Counted from the stretch's first letter, positions 18,572 to 28,501 are shown. The stretch: DNA of 64,000 nucleotides from an uncultured Chloroflexia bacterium (GCA_963813535.1 CAWEZH010000002.1:1216001-1280000), one strand, 5' to 3'. A program made the numbers and translations. The notes: generated by a model not told the origin, from the sequence alone.

Positions 18572-18937
18572 GTGAGTGATTTCTTCCGACGGCTGGCACA
18601 CCGGGTCACGCTCGGAGCCGGTTCCTGGCAGTTCTTCCTGATCTCCCTGGTGCTGATCGCCGTCTGGGCAGCCAGCGGTCCGTTCTTCGGGTTCAGCGAC
18701 ACGTGGCAACTGGTGGTGAACACCTCGACCACGATCCTGACCTACATCCTCGGGATCCTGATCCTGCTCGAAGCCAACCGGCAGGCACGGGAATCGAAGG
18801 TCGTCCACGACGATCTCCTCGAGTCGATCCGTGGCACCAACGCAGACCTCGTGAACATCGATGAGATGTCCGAGGAACAGATCGATCGCATCGAGGAGAG
18901 GCTGCGAGCTCGCGCGAGACGATCCGAGAAGTCCTGA
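18572..18937 (+). CDS. Low-affinity iron permease family protein
   Basis: WAASGPFFGFSDTWQLVVNTSTTILT signature. Confidence 0.85.
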   Translation: MSDFFRRLAHRVTLGAGSWQFFLISLVLIAVWAASGPFFGFSDTWQLVVNTSTTILTYILGILILLEANRQARESKVVHDDLLESIRGTNADLVNIDEMSEEQIDRIEERLRARARRSEKS

Positions 18938-19045
18938 CAGACGGCGACGCGAGGCGTCGTCAGGGAGCCGCAACACAAAGTCGGCCGCATGCAATGCGCC
19001 TGAAATCTGCGCTCACGCGGCGTCCGTCGATGATGTCGGCTGCCG

Positions 19046-20122
19046 ATGGTCACCAACGCCCGCGTGGCAGAGCCCGCGCTCATCACGATCCCCGGCTCCG
19101 ATGCTGCCTTCCGTCAGCACGTCAACGCCATGGAACGGACGGGGACGCCCGCGGACCTCGAAGCGAGGCTGCGCCGGATGTTCCCGCGGGTGGTCGTGCG
19201 CGAACGAAGCATCTCGGGCGCGCCAGCCTGGTACGTGTACAGGGACGGCTCGTGGAGCTCGTCCCTGGCCGGCGACTGGTGGGACGGTGCGGCACTCCCC
19301 CGGGTGCGTGTCGATCGACAGGGCTGGATCACCGATGCGGACCCGACAGCCCTCGGCATCCTCGGGATCGGCGCATCGGATATGGGCACGAGCCATATCA
19401 CTGACTTCGTCGTCCCGGGAACCCTCGATGACGCACTCGGACTGTTCCGGATCATCAGCGAGGGGCACACCCTCGACGCGACGGTCGTGCTCCGACCGAC
19501 GACCGGCGATGTCATCGCGGTCGACCTGCACGCCCACCTCGAGGATGACCATGTCGTCGGCGTCATCCGGCTGGCCGATGATGTGGACGTGGAGGAACCT
19601 GGGACCGTCGTCGGTCAACCTGCCGAGGTCGAATTCGTCCCTCCGACGGATGTCGCCTTTCGCGGCTACGTCATGCGCTCGATGGATCGGATGCCGGAAG
19701 TCACGCCCGACGGACTCGTCCTCCGGCTTCGCCGGCTCTACCCCCATGCCACACTCGAGATCGACGACCACCGGTGGGTCGCCCGTCGTGACCGGGGCAC
19801 GTATGACCAGCAGTCCAAATGGTGGGAAGAATCCGACGTGCCCCTGGTCCGGTACGACGCCCAGGCCCTGATCCTCGAGGCGAACGACGCGGCTGAGGCC
19901 TTCTTCGGCCGGTCGATGGTCGGCCACTACTGGCAGGAGTTCGTGACACCCGGATCGACCGACCAGGTCTCGGTCATGCTGGACATCCTCACGGAAGTCG
20001 GCGCCGCCGAATCGCGGTTCCGCATGCCACGCGGAGACGGCACACTGGTCGAGTTCGATTCCTACACGGAAGTCCGCGGTGAAGAGTTCGTGACCATGTT
20101 CCGTCGCGCCAGCGACGCGTGA
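19046..20122 (+). CDS. Tandem [unknown domain + PAS]x2 protein with no output domain
   Basis: PAS-like segments VDRQGWITDADPTALGILG and YDAQALILEANDAAEAFFGRSMVG...FRMPRGDGT, each preceded by a PxxDxAF...RLRRxxP...W module. Confidence 0.8.
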   Translation: MVTNARVAEPALITIPGSDAAFRQHVNAMERTGTPADLEARLRRMFPRVVVRERSISGAPAWYVYRDGSWSSSLAGDWWDGAALPRVRVDRQGWITDADPTALGILGIGASDMGTSHITDFVVPGTLDDALGLFRIISEGHTLDATVVLRPTTGDVIAVDLHAHLEDDHVVGVIRLADDVDVEEPGTVVGQPAEVEFVPPTDVAFRGYVMRSMDRMPEVTPDGLVLRLRRLYPHATLEIDDHRWVARRDRGTYDQQSKWWEESDVPLVRYDAQALILEANDAAEAFFGRSMVGHYWQEFVTPGSTDQVSVMLDILTEVGAAESRFRMPRGDGTLVEFDSYTEVRGEEFVTMFRRASDA

Positions 20123-20880
20123 CCCGGCTGCGCTGGCTCGGCCACGCGACAGTCAGACTCGAGACGTCAGGCATCCGGCTGCTGTTCGACCCGCTCCTCG
20201 CGGGCGGGATCGGGCCCGTACGTCGTCGCCGGAAGTCGTCCGACCTCGAGGTCGCACCCGTCGACGCGGTCGTGATCTCGCACGCCCACCAGGACCACCT
20301 CCACCTCGCCAGCCTGCGGCGAGTCGGCAAGGACGTCCGGATCATCGTGCCGCGGGGTGCAGGATCCCTCGTCCGTGCGGCGGGCTTCGGCCACGTCACC
20401 GAGATGGACGTGGGTGACAGCACGACGATCGGCGACACGGTCATCCGGGCAGTCCCTGCGGCGCACGACGGTCGGCGCATGCCGTTCGGTCCCGCGGCAC
20501 CGGCGCTCGGCTACGTCGTCGAGGGCGAGGACCGCGTGTACTTCGCCGGCGACACCGACCTGTTCCCGGGGATGGCCGACATCGCGTCGGACCTTGACCT
20601 TGCGATCCTGCCGGTGGGTGGGTGGGGACCGACCCTTCGCAGCGGCCACCTCGACCCGATCACGGCCGCCGCGGCGCTCACCCTCTTGCGACCGCGTGTG
20701 GCCATCGCCGTCCACTGGGGCACGCTCTGGCCGATCGGCATGAATCGGGTGCGACGCTACCGGTTCGAGGAGCCGGGGGGCAGGTTCATCGAGGCTGCCA
20801 AGCGCGTCGCACCTACGGTCACCGTGCCGGCGCTGCTGCCGGGTGACGAATTCGAGTTGCCGTCGAGGTCGTTGCCCTAG
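20119..20880 (+). CDS. MBL-fold metallo-hydrolase (UlaG/NAPE-PLD-like)
   Basis: WLGHAT, LFDP, SHAHQDHL, YFAGDT, LPVGGW, VHWGT. GTGA overlap with the upstream gene. Confidence 0.93.
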   Translation: MTRLRWLGHATVRLETSGIRLLFDPLLAGGIGPVRRRRKSSDLEVAPVDAVVISHAHQDHLHLASLRRVGKDVRIIVPRGAGSLVRAAGFGHVTEMDVGDSTTIGDTVIRAVPAAHDGRRMPFGPAAPALGYVVEGEDRVYFAGDTDLFPGMADIASDLDLAILPVGGWGPTLRSGHLDPITAAAALTLLRPRVAIAVHWGTLWPIGMNRVRRYRFEEPGGRFIEAAKRVAPTVTVPALLPGDEFELPSRSLP

Positions 20881-21017
20881 CGGGCCGGGTGGCCGTCGCC
20901 CCGCACCGCACGTTGGGCCCCTGATTGTGACGGCCCTGCAACGGCACGACGGGGAACGGGCGGCTTCATGGGCACGCCCGCCGTTCCACGATAGCCGGAC
21001 GCACCTGAGGTCTGGTT

Positions 21018-21236
21018 GTGGTGCCGAATGCACTCGTTCTGAATCCGCGTGACGATCGAGACTTCGTCTCGTTCGCGGAGGCGCTTCTCGCTGAGGGACC
21101 ACCCACGCCCCAGACCTTCGAGAGGCGCCTGCGTGAGCGCTATCCCATGGCCGTCGTTCGACCGCGCGACCTCGCCAGCGAACCGCTCACGCTCTGGTAT
21201 TGCTACCGCGACGGCCGGTGGACGCGCCCGTCGTAG
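21018..21236 (+). CDS. Small stand-alone protein made of the same unknown domain as in 19046..20122
   Basis: LNPRDDRDF...PQTFERRLRERYPMAVVRPRDL...WYCYRDGRW aligns with IPGSDAAF...PADLEARLRRMFPRVVVRERSI...WYVYRDGSW. Confidence 0.8.
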   Translation: MVPNALVLNPRDDRDFVSFAEALLAEGPPTPQTFERRLRERYPMAVVRPRDLASEPLTLWYCYRDGRWTRPS

Positions 21237-21280
21237 GCGGCACTGTGGTCGCAGATCCCTGGAGAGGCTGACGCCGCCGA

Positions 21281-23473
21281 CTACGGTCCGGCTGCGGAGG
21301 GCACGGGCGTGCCCTGTGCCACGTCATCGATCGGCGGCTGGTCGCCGGCGATGGACGTCTGTGTATCGCCGCCCGGATCGAACATGTGGAGCACGAGCCT
21401 CCAGGTCGCCGCGACCACGCCGAGGAACGGGACGACCAGGAACATCCCCACGATGCCACCGATCTGCCCGCCTGCCGGGATGGCGAGAAGCACGATGGCC
21501 GGATGGAGGCTCACGGTCTTGCCGTAGACGAGCGGAGCGACGAAGTTGCCCTGGACGATATTCATGACGAGCGTGTAGATGGCCATGATCACGATGTCCG
21601 AGGTGCTGCCTGCCGCGACTGCGACTAGGAACCCCAGGAACGTCGTCACGAACCCACCGATGTAGGGGATGAAGTTCCCGAAGAACGTCAGGACACCGAT
21701 CGGGAACGCGAGCGGCAAGCCGAGCAGCGCCATGATCAGGAACTGCGTCACCCCGGCGAACAATGAGATGGCCCCGGTCCCGACCATGTACCCGTTGAGG
21801 ACGGATGCCGCACGCGTGCCGGCTTCACGGACGACGGCCCGCCGGCGGACCGAGACCGCAGATAGCGCGCTCTCCCACCATCGGTCGCCCTCACGGAGCA
21901 GGTGGTACGTGAGAAGCCCCGCCAACAGGATCGCGATCGACAGCCCGACGAGGCTGCCGAGTATCGCGGTCACCTCGCTTACAAGCCCGGAACCGACCGA
22001 ACGGACGAAGTCCACCGGCGCTGCACCCACGTTCGCGCGCTGCGCGCCCGCCGCCGCGAGGTCCGTGGTGTCGGTGATCGATCCACCGATGGCGATGACG
22101 GCAGCGGCCATGGCGGCGAGGGCGATCGTGGCGCTGACCACGGTGATTGCGAGCGCAGACTGGGATCGTCCCAGGCCGCGGGCCCGCAACAGTTGGACAC
22201 CGGAGTTCAGCGTCGCGGCGAGGACGAGGGCGAGGACGAGGGGGAGGGTGACGCCTGGGAACTGGAGGGCGGCTCCGACGACGATCGCACCGACGCCCCC
22301 GATCACCAACGCCCGCCATGCCCATTGCGCCAAGCGGTCGAGCCAGACCGGCACGAGCGCCCCGGCGGCCGCGACCTCGCGACGCCCGGATTCGAGCGTG
22401 GCCACGATCGCCGGCGCGAACGTCTCCGCGACGATGACCGCCGGGACTGCCGCGATCAGCCCGATCAGCCCGAACAAGGCGGCTCCGGCCGGCAGGGCGA
22501 TGACGATCAGTGCTGGTTGGGTCGGCATGGTCTGCCGCACGTAGCGCGAGAACACTCGCCGCTGGAAAAGGCTCGTGGCGACGATCAGGGCGAGAAGGAT
22601 GACCGTGGAAACGAGGTCACGGGCGGCCAGCGTGACCAGCAGCACGAAGGCGGTCGAGACCACCGGCCCGATATACGGCATGAACCCCGCCAGGAACACG
22701 AACACGGCGATCGGGCCTGCCAGTGGCACGCCCAGAACCTGGAGGTATAGCCAGGTGGTGAGCGCTCCGACGCCGGCGTTCAATGCCGTGCCCCGCAGGT
22801 ACTCGCCGACGCGTTCGAGCGCGACGACTCCTCGGGCGGTCAGCGTCTCCTGCCGCCAGTCGTCGAGGTCACGGATCGCCATCGCCCACGCCTTGTGGCC
22901 GTCCTGGATGACGTAGAAGGTCAGGAAGCCGCCAAGGATCAGCACCGTGACGGCCTCGGCGATCGGGCCGACCAGCTGACCGATCGCATCGGTGATCCAG
23001 GCCTCGGTCGCCTCGATCGATCGACTGAGAAGCACCGTGGCCGTGTCGGGCACCCCGGCCGACGCTGCGTAGGCGGTGAGCTCGGTGACGCCCGCTTTGA
23101 GCGCCGCAACGAGTTCCACCAGGTATGGCGCCACGACCAGGACGACGACCGTGACTGTGATGATCAGGGCCGACAGCGCTACGAGGCTCAGCACGGCTGC
23201 CGCTTTCGTTGTGCTCCAACCCCGGTCCACCCGGACATGTCGATAGAGGGGTGCGACCGCGGCGGCAAGCAAGGCCGCGAAGATGATCGACAGCGTGACG
23301 GTCGAGAGCCGGACCGCCAGCGTCCCGATGAGGACCGCCATCGCGACGACGACAAGGATCCGCCAGCCGAACGCGCCGAGCAGGCGCAACCAGCCTGGGA
23401 CGAGGGTCCCACCCGCCTCGTCCAACGCAGTGCCGACGGGCGACGGATCCGGCGCCTGCGAGTCGACCGCCAC
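21281..23473 (-). CDS. Double-length AI-2E family transporter (two fused AI-2E units)
   Basis: Two repeats: GFMPYIGP...QPALIVIAL and NFIPYIGG...HPAIVLLAI. GTG follows AGGAGGT. Confidence 0.88.
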   Translation of the reverse strand: MAVDSQAPDPSPVGTALDEAGGTLVPGWLRLLGAFGWRILVVVAMAVLIGTLAVRLSTVTLSIIFAALLAAAVAPLYRHVRVDRGWSTTKAAAVLSLVALSALIITVTVVVLVVAPYLVELVAALKAGVTELTAYAASAGVPDTATVLLSRSIEATEAWITDAIGQLVGPIAEAVTVLILGGFLTFYVIQDGHKAWAMAIRDLDDWRQETLTARGVVALERVGEYLRGTALNAGVGALTTWLYLQVLGVPLAGPIAVFVFLAGFMPYIGPVVSTAFVLLVTLAARDLVSTVILLALIVATSLFQRRVFSRYVRQTMPTQPALIVIALPAGAALFGLIGLIAAVPAVIVAETFAPAIVATLESGRREVAAAGALVPVWLDRLAQWAWRALVIGGVGAIVVGAALQFPGVTLPLVLALVLAATLNSGVQLLRARGLGRSQSALAITVVSATIALAAMAAAVIAIGGSITDTTDLAAAGAQRANVGAAPVDFVRSVGSGLVSEVTAILGSLVGLSIAILLAGLLTYHLLREGDRWWESALSAVSVRRRAVVREAGTRAASVLNGYMVGTGAISLFAGVTQFLIMALLGLPLAFPIGVLTFFGNFIPYIGGFVTTFLGFLVAVAAGSTSDIVIMAIYTLVMNIVQGNFVAPLVYGKTVSLHPAIVLLAIPAGGQIGGIVGMFLVVPFLGVVAATWRLVLHMFDPGGDTQTSIAGDQPPIDDVAQGTPVPSAAGP

Positions 23474-23672
23474 GGCCTCACCTCCTGTGTCACCCATCAT
23501 CGAGGCCCGGCGACTCGCTCGTAAGGCTGGCGGGCACCCGTTTGTTCCGGGGGCGCGCTGGCGCGGGTGGGCCCTGTCCGGAGGGAGTGACACCCCCGAC
23601 ACATAGTGGCGTGCGCCCCATTGTCCCCGCTGATGGCCCGCTCAGACTCAGGCGATCAGCAAGGGAGATCCG

Positions 23673-24131
23673 ATGGAAGACGATGCGCTCGACCGGCTCG
23701 GACCGGTCGACTACCTGGTGGTCGAGTTCCCGGTCGGGACACAGAACTTCACCGGCGAGGTCGCGGAGCAACTCATCAAGCTCCACGATTCCGGGGCGAT
23801 CCGGATCATGGACGTGGTCATCCTGGTCAAGGGTGAGAACGGAGCTCTCGACGCGCATGAGCTCTCCGACTTCCCCGAGCTGGGCGACATGCAGCGGATC
23901 GAGACGCAGCTCGCCGAGACGCTCGCCGAGGAGGACATCGTGAACCTCGCGGTCGCGATGGAACCCGGCAGCGTGGCCGGGGTGCTCATCTACGAGAACC
24001 TCTGGGCCGCGCCATTCGCATCAGCCGTGCGTCACGCGGGGGGTCAGCTGATCGCCCAGGGTCGCATCCCCATCCAGGCGATCATCGCCGCCATCGAAGC
24101 CGACGAAGCACTCCAGCCAGCAGGAGCCTGA
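23673..24131 (+). CDS. DUF6325/DUF1269-like protein
   Basis: LGPVDYLVVEFP, IRIMD, YENLWAAPFASAVR...GRIP. Confidence 0.85.
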   Translation: MEDDALDRLGPVDYLVVEFPVGTQNFTGEVAEQLIKLHDSGAIRIMDVVILVKGENGALDAHELSDFPELGDMQRIETQLAETLAEEDIVNLAVAMEPGSVAGVLIYENLWAAPFASAVRHAGGQLIAQGRIPIQAIIAAIEADEALQPAGA

Positions 24132-24132
24132 C

Positions 24133-24342
24133 ATGCCGCTACGAGCATCCCGCATGGGTCGCGCCGGAGTCGTCGGCGGACCGGTGGCCAAGGCCGCCGT
24201 GGTCGGCGCCGCGGTGTCCCCCGGGCCATCGCCCGTTGCCAAGGCCGCTGTCGTGGGGGCAGCAGCGTCACCCGGCCGCTCCCCAGTCGCCAAGGCCGCG
24301 GTCGTCGGCGCCGTCGTCACGCCGGGCAGACGCCGTTTCTGA
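24133..24342 (+). CDS. 69-aa peptide with three PVAKAAVVGA repeats
   Basis: AGGAG RBS; starts 1 nt after the DUF6325 stop. The repeats are conserved in protein but synonymously diverged in DNA. Confidence 0.7.
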   Translation: MPLRASRMGRAGVVGGPVAKAAVVGAAVSPGPSPVAKAAVVGAAASPGRSPVAKAAVVGAVVTPGRRRF

Positions 24343-24351
24343 GACGGCGGA

Positions 24352-25803
24352 GTGACCGCATTGCGCCTGCGACCCATCGCGCTGTTCCTCGTCGCCACGG
24401 CGCTCCTCGCTGCCTGCTCATCCGGACCCGGGTCTGGTGGCACGCTCGAGGGCACCAAGTGGGTCCTGCGCTCCTTCGAGCAGGCTGGTGAGCTGGTCCT
24501 GGTACCGGACGCTGAATACGCCGACGCCGAGTTCGGCGCGAGCCGGGTCCGCGGCTTCGGGGGCTGCAATGACTTCACCGCGGCATACCGCGCCGGCGGT
24601 CGCACCCTCCTGATCTCGCAGACGGCGTCGACACTGGCGGCCTGTGCCGAGGGATCGATGACGTTCGAGCAGACCTACCTGGCCTTGCTCGACAGCAGCC
24701 GCTTCTACAGCGCGCGGCGCGACACGTTGACGATCTACGACGAGATCGGATCGACGGTCCTCGTGTTCGATGCGGCGCCGCGCAACGCCCTGCTGGGGCA
24801 CTGGCGGGTCGACTCGTTCGCGACCGGCCCCGGCGCCGTATCCGCCGTCCTGCCGGACACCGAGCTCGAGGTCGTCTTCGGCATCGGCAGCGTCGGCGGG
24901 TCGGCAGGCTGCAACTCGTTCAGCGGCACGTACGGGACCAACGGCAATGTCGTCCGCGTGGGCCAGTTGGCGACGACGCGGAAGGCATGCCCCGAGGAGG
25001 TCATGGCCCAGGAGGCAGCATTCCTCGAGGCCCTCCAGGGCATCGCGTTGATCGACCCCCGCGCCGAGAGCGTCAACCTGACCGACCTCGACGGAGCGCT
25101 GGCAGTCGCCCTCATCCGCCCGGGAGCTGCCGGTGTGGAGGCGTCACCGTCTCTTGGGTCGCCACCGCCCTCCGCATCGTCCTCACCGTCCGAGGTCCCG
25201 TCCGGGACACCGGCACCGACGAAGTCGTCGACGCCTGCCCCGACGAAGACGCCGGCGCCGACGACCGCACCGAGCGCTCCGGCTCCGTCGACCGCACCGA
25301 CCGCCGCGCCGAGTCCGCCACCGACTGCGGCGCGCTGCGATCTCATCACCATCACCGGGGCCACGGTCGCGAGCATCGCCTATCCGGGCAGCTGGTACAC
25401 CGTCACAGAGCCGACAGACCTTGCGTGCCGGTACTTCGACCCGGCGCCGATCGAGGTGCCGGCCGACCCAGCCACCCTCACGACGACCGTCCAGGCCTCG
25501 GTCACCGACACGACGTTCGCGGATGCCGTCGCGGCGGCGACCGATCCCGCCGCATGGAACGTCACGCAACAGAACGATCTCACCCTCGGTGGCCTCGCGG
25601 CGACGCAGGTGATCGCGACAGCGACCTCCGACGCCTCCGGGATCCCCGTCGGGATGTCGCGTGTCGCCTACATCGTTGATGTCGGGGCCGCGGGTTCGAT
25701 CACCCTGTGGACCGTCGGTGATGCGGCCGATGAGACGTTCGCCCAGCAGGCCGCCCTCGTGGGCCTCATGACCGCGTTCTCGGAGTTCACGGCGCCGACC
25801 TGA
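24352..25803 (+). CDS. Lipoprotein with two META domains, a Pro/Thr linker and a C-terminal domain
   Basis: Lipobox LAAC; GFGGCN and GSAGCN META motifs; TLAAC/TRKAC. Confidence 0.88.
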   Translation: MTALRLRPIALFLVATALLAACSSGPGSGGTLEGTKWVLRSFEQAGELVLVPDAEYADAEFGASRVRGFGGCNDFTAAYRAGGRTLLISQTASTLAACAEGSMTFEQTYLALLDSSRFYSARRDTLTIYDEIGSTVLVFDAAPRNALLGHWRVDSFATGPGAVSAVLPDTELEVVFGIGSVGGSAGCNSFSGTYGTNGNVVRVGQLATTRKACPEEVMAQEAAFLEALQGIALIDPRAESVNLTDLDGALAVALIRPGAAGVEASPSLGSPPPSASSSPSEVPSGTPAPTKSSTPAPTKTPAPTTAPSAPAPSTAPTAAPSPPPTAARCDLITITGATVASIAYPGSWYTVTEPTDLACRYFDPAPIEVPADPATLTTTVQASVTDTTFADAVAAATDPAAWNVTQQNDLTLGGLAATQVIATATSDASGIPVGMSRVAYIVDVGAAGSITLWTVGDAADETFAQQAALVGLMTAFSEFTAPT

Positions 25804-26029
25804 GCAGCGGCCCGAACCGTCCTTCCGTCGCCGCGACCTGTAGGATCGCTTGCCATGGCCCTCGCGCAGCCGTCGTTTGAGCGCGCCGTTCCGCAATGGT
25901 CCGGAAACATGCCCCAGGCAGGATGGAGGACGACACCGTGCACAGATCGCCTATGTCGGGCGAGACACGGACGGCGATCTCGACATGGGATCGTATGCTG
26001 GTCCGGCGCGCGCCAACGAGGGGTGGTAC

Positions 26030-26800
26030 ATGATCGGCACCCGGGATCGTCGATCAAGCACGATCCGCAAGGTCATCCGTCACGCCAAGGCGAGCCAGGC
26101 CATCGGTCGAGGGCCCGGCGCGCACGGTGGCGACTCGATCCGGGTCGCGATCGCGGACGACTCGTACCTGATCAGGGAGGCGCTTGCCGAGCTCATCGGT
26201 TCGGCCGACGGCGTGGAGATCATCGCCTCGGTCGAGGATGGCGACGCTCTGCGGTCGGTCGTGGAGACCGAGCACCCGGACGTGGCCATCGTCGACATCC
26301 GGATGCCGCCCTCGGGCGACAACGAGGGGATCGAGCTCGCCCAGGGATTGCGCGGTACGCATCCCGATGTCGGCGTGATCGTCCTGAGCCAGTACGCCGG
26401 GCCGGCCTACGCCATCGCGCTGCTCGAGGACGGCGCTGAAGGACGCGGCTACATCCTCAAGGAGCGGATCCACGACCGAAGCGAGCTCCTCGCCGCGATC
26501 AAGGTCGTGGCAGGCGGTGGAACGACGATCGATCCGACCCTCATCGACCAGCTCATCGCGGCTGACCGCCACCCTGGTGCGTCGCCGATCGACGAACTGA
26601 CGACGCGCGAACGCGAGGTGCTCGGCGAGATGGCCGAGGGCAAGAGCAACGCGGCCATCGCTGAGTCGCTGGTGCTCACCAAGCGCGCCGTCGAGAAGCA
26701 TGTGGGCTCGATCTTCCAGAAGCTCGGCCTCGAGGACGACGAGGTCGTCAGCCGGCGCGTCACGGCGGTACTGCTCTATCTCGCCGACGCTTCCGCATAG
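26030..26800 (+). CDS. NarL/FixJ family response regulator
   Basis: IADDSYLIRE, VDIRMPP, LSQY, LTTREREVL...KSNAAIA...VEKHV. Start uncertain. Confidence 0.92.
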   Translation: MIGTRDRRSSTIRKVIRHAKASQAIGRGPGAHGGDSIRVAIADDSYLIREALAELIGSADGVEIIASVEDGDALRSVVETEHPDVAIVDIRMPPSGDNEGIELAQGLRGTHPDVGVIVLSQYAGPAYAIALLEDGAEGRGYILKERIHDRSELLAAIKVVAGGGTTIDPTLIDQLIAADRHPGASPIDELTTREREVLGEMAEGKSNAAIAESLVLTKRAVEKHVGSIFQKLGLEDDEVVSRRVTAVLLYLADASA

Positions 26801-26817
26801 AGGCTCGAGGTGATCTC

Positions 26818-27207
26818 GTGAGGTCGTTCCTCCTCAGCACCGTCGCGACCGCGATCGCCTTCGCGATCGTCACACGGCTCCTCCCCGACTACCTCGGCTA
26901 CAACGGCGAGCTCGTCGGCCTGCTCGTGCTGGCCGTGATCTTCGGCGTCGTCAACGGGCTGATCAAACCGATCGTGCGGCTCCTCGCGCTGCCCGTGCGC
27001 ATGATGACGCTCGGTCTCATCGGTTTCGTCATCAATGCGGCGATGCTGCTGCTCACCGCGTGGATCGCCGACCTCGTCGGGTTGGCCTTCACCGTTGGCG
27101 ACTTCCCGCCGACCTTGCTCTCCGTGAACACCTTGATCGGCGCCATCATCGGCGCGGTCGCGCTCAGCATCGTCAACTCGCTGACGCACGTCGTCGCGCC
27201 CGACTGA
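26818..27207 (+). CDS. YvlD/DUF360 (phage holin 4_2) family membrane protein
   Basis: IFGVVNGLIKPIVRLLALP..TLGL..FVINA.ML signature. Confidence 0.9.
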   Translation: MRSFLLSTVATAIAFAIVTRLLPDYLGYNGELVGLLVLAVIFGVVNGLIKPIVRLLALPVRMMTLGLIGFVINAAMLLLTAWIADLVGLAFTVGDFPPTLLSVNTLIGAIIGAVALSIVNSLTHVVAPD

Positions 27208-27221
27208 CCCGGTCCGATCGA

Positions 27222-27257
27222 TCGCGGGTGACCGACCTGGGGGCCGGTCACCCGCGA
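27222..27257. terminator. Bidirectional hairpin between convergent genes
   Basis: TCGCGGGTGACCG / CGGTCACCCGCGA perfect 13-bp stem. Confidence 0.75.
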
Positions 27258-27267
27258 GGTGGCGTCG

Positions 27268-27906
27268 TCAGAACTGGTAGCCCGAACGGTCGATCGCGTT
27301 CGCGAAGCGCGCGACGCCCCGGATCTGGTACGCGATCGCGACCGCCGCTATCACCGCCGTCGCCGCGATGCCGATGAAGGAGTCGGTCAGCAAGCCGCCG
27401 AGGAGCCCATCCTGCAGATCCTCGAGCTGGACGCGACCCAGGAAGATCAGCACGCCATCGACGACCGCAGCGGCCCCGCTGATGGCCGAGACGATGACGA
27501 CCAGCCAGGCGGGCACGCCGAGCACGAACGCCGCGGCCGCGAACAGACCGCCGACGACGAGCCCGAGCAGGATGGCGAGGAATCCATCGCCGATGCCCAG
27601 CCACGCCATGAACCCGACGCCAAGGGTGTAGCCGAGGACGCCCACGGCCAAGGTGACCGCGGCGTAATACCAGAAGTACGAGATCACGGCGAATGCGACC
27701 GCGACCACGATGGCGATGCCCCACGACACGATCGTCGCGAAGAATCCCTGGCCGAAGATGTCCTGACCCAATTGCGCGCCGATCAGGAGGCCGGCAAAGG
27801 CGGCCCAGATCGGCAGCAGGATCGTGAAGAGCCGTAAGCCGTAGAACGCCCAGGCTGCACCGATGACGACGGCCAGCAGCCCGACGATGATCCCTTCGAT
27901 CGACAT
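27268..27906 (-). CDS. DUF4203 (TM7S3/TM198-like) membrane protein
   Basis: FYGLRLFTILLPIWAAFAG...SAISGAAAVVDG...YQ, multi-TM. AGGAGG RBS. Confidence 0.82.
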   Translation of the reverse strand: MSIEGIIVGLLAVVIGAAWAFYGLRLFTILLPIWAAFAGLLIGAQLGQDIFGQGFFATIVSWGIAIVVAVAFAVISYFWYYAAVTLAVGVLGYTLGVGFMAWLGIGDGFLAILLGLVVGGLFAAAAFVLGVPAWLVVIVSAISGAAAVVDGVLIFLGRVQLEDLQDGLLGGLLTDSFIGIAATAVIAAVAIAYQIRGVARFANAIDRSGYQF

Positions 27907-28056
27907 GTCGTCCCTCCTACCTCGAGGCGAGTCTAGGACCCATGTCCGCCATGCGGCGCTGGTGCAAGCCCCAACCGCGAAGGCATGCCGACACGACTAG
28001 CGAGCGCTACGCCGGCTGCTAACGTCAGGGGCCTGAGTACGCATCGGGGCCCTGCC

Positions 28057-28500
28057 GTGCGGAATGGCGACGATCCTCTCACCACGCCATCGCCGACCGA
28101 ACATCCCGACGTCGGCCCGCTACCGCTGGGCTTGTGGTTCGCGGCGATCCTGCTGGTCATCTCCGGCGTCGTCTTGCTGCTTGCCGCGCTCGGACTGAGT
28201 CAGGGGATCCTGACCGGCGGGCTCCTGGGACTGGCGGGGTTCGTCGAGGGCCGTATCGCCATCGGCCTGATCGGCGGCACGAGCATCGCCGCCGGCATCG
28301 GGATGGCCCTGCGCGTGCCCGTCGCATGGGGCGTCGGGATGCTCGTGGTCGGGCTCGGGCTCGCGGGGCAGCTCGTCTCGTACTTCCGGGGCGATCCCAA
28401 CCTCGTGCGGCTGGCGATCTACGTCGCGATGGCCTTCTACCTCAATCAGCGCCCGGTTCGCGAGGTGTTCCTCCGTCGGCCGTCCACGAGAGAGGTCTGA
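28057..28500 (+). CDS. Hypothetical membrane protein
   Basis: Four TM segments and a C-terminal FYLNQRPVREVF. Start uncertain. Confidence 0.7.
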   Translation: MRNGDDPLTTPSPTEHPDVGPLPLGLWFAAILLVISGVVLLLAALGLSQGILTGGLLGLAGFVEGRIAIGLIGGTSIAAGIGMALRVPVAWGVGMLVVGLGLAGQLVSYFRGDPNLVRLAIYVAMAFYLNQRPVREVFLRRPSTREV

Positions 28501-28501
28501 G

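Noticed and set aside
17880-20945. Recurring TGCAA[C/G/T] in intergenic regions as an alternative-sigma promoter
   Set aside because: I could not find a second element at consistent spacing, and the word is too short to support by eye.
26818-27207. Holin-family gene as prophage evidence
   Set aside because: YvlD/DUF360 proteins are common chromosomal membrane proteins, and no phage genes are nearby.
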